This document shows, piece after piece, positions 62,891 to 64,000 of a stretch of DNA of 64,000 nucleotides (position 1 is the stretch's first letter; the number at the start of each line of letters is the position of its first letter). The notes beneath the pieces are model-generated. The model was not told where the DNA came from. It saw only the letters and a list, made by a program, of their open reading frames with translations, and searched no databases. Origin of the DNA: Tubulanus polymorphus (lineage: Eukaryota > Animalia > Nemertea); NCBI RefSeq assembly GCF_964204645.1, contig NC_134031.1, positions 18,111,910 to 18,175,909 on the forward strand, given 5' to 3'. The position numbers and the translations under genes are program-made.

Positions 62891-63972
62891 ACGAGATCAG
62901 CGAACACGATTCGGCGATTTTAAACAAGATTTTCAATCCTAATCAACCGTTCGAGCCGAGTACAGCGCGCGTGAATACAGCAGCAGACGACCAGAGAGAA
63001 ATAGAAACTGAAACCACTCGTGAAGTGAAGCGGTAAGTGACGTCAGCGCTGTGAAATAGTAGGAAATACGCGGCGTCTCGTCGATCAATCAGCAGACACA
63101 GTGCGCGTTTAGCTGAGACAACAGCTGTGTGCATAAATACACCACAATACAGAGTGTAGCGAAACTAAAACCGGTTTCAATGTTCTATAGTCCACCACGA
63201 GTACATAATGAATACATGAATTATTTATGGATCAGATTAGATAAAGCAAACCGGGCTGGTTGTTTCAATGACTGGTCAGTGTTGAATGTGGTGATATAGG
63301 CCTACTGAAGTTGACAAACCAGACCGCTAATTCAAACCTACCACACACGACACAGTGTCGACTGTTTTTAAATCAAACCAGTCAAATTAGTCTAAAAATA
63401 AATTCTATATTTGATTAAACTTCCTTCTTGCGCTAAAATACTCAGTAACGATTACAGGGGAATCCCATTACATTGAACTTCAGGTGCAGACCAGGTTTTA
63501 AGCTCAGCAATTCCAGACCCAGTTCCATATTTTTGGATCCAGTTCAACAATTCAAAAACCCAAGTTCCACAGTTCTCGATCGAGTTCCTCAGTTCTCAGC
63601 TAAATTCAATTGTATAATTAATTGTATAGTTAAAATGTGTTCAGTTCCAACTTTAAAGAGTCAACTGTAGATCTAGTTCCTAGTTAAAGATGATATTAAT
63701 ACCAATGCATCGGAACAATCAGTTCAAATTCATAGAATTGTTTTTTACCCGGTAATAAATAATTCAGATAAATAGTTTTATATACGATGAAATGCTAGTT
63801 TTGTTTAATGTTGTATAATTCAGGTTAGAACTGGCCGGAGTGAAAGCTGCAGAATCGGGAGATTTCAAGAATTCTCTCGAGTTTTTCACCCGAGCTATAA
63901 ATCTCGAACCGGAGCGAGGGTCCGCTTATAACAACAGAGCACAAGCGCTTAGACTAAAAGGAGATGTGGAAG
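62884..63972 (+). CDS. TTC36: Tetratricopeptide repeat protein 36 (first two exons; gene continues past the window)
   Basis: Exon 1 (62884-63032) '[23 protein letters not shown]'. Exon 2 (63824-63972) '[13 protein letters not shown]...[17 protein letters not shown]'. Confidence 0.9.
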
Positions 63973-64000
63973 GTTCGTTTCCACATTCAGAAGAGTCAGT

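Overview
Eukaryotic, intron-rich animal genomic DNA. It is most likely a marine invertebrate; a lophotrochozoan such as a nemertean is a guess, not established. Exons were assembled by hand from GT/AG boundaries and phase checks. Host genes: a TMEM268-like gene with a ~16 kb intron (-), an SCPEP1-like serine carboxypeptidase (-), NUDT8 (-), a small secreted cystine-knot peptide gene (+), a ZDHHC24-like palmitoyltransferase (-), SURF1 (+), MVB12 (-), SLC12A9 (-, with a U12-type intron) and the 5' part of TTC36 (+). The stand-out feature is an apparently intact 4.7 kb Merlin (IS1595/IS1016-type) DNA transposon at 34013-38726. It has 28-bp GG-terminal TIRs and a perfect 8-bp TSD, and it is inserted into the first coding exon of NUDT8. 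Besides its transposase it carries a divergently oriented four-exon cargo gene encoding a DUF3987-like AAA+/P-loop NTPase with a C-terminal winged helix. The second highlight is a knottin (C-C-CC-C-C) peptide with an RGDS loop whose mature exon is not in the ORF track. The window also holds decayed tandem hammerhead-like motifs, several MITE families, a LINE fragment and minisatellites.
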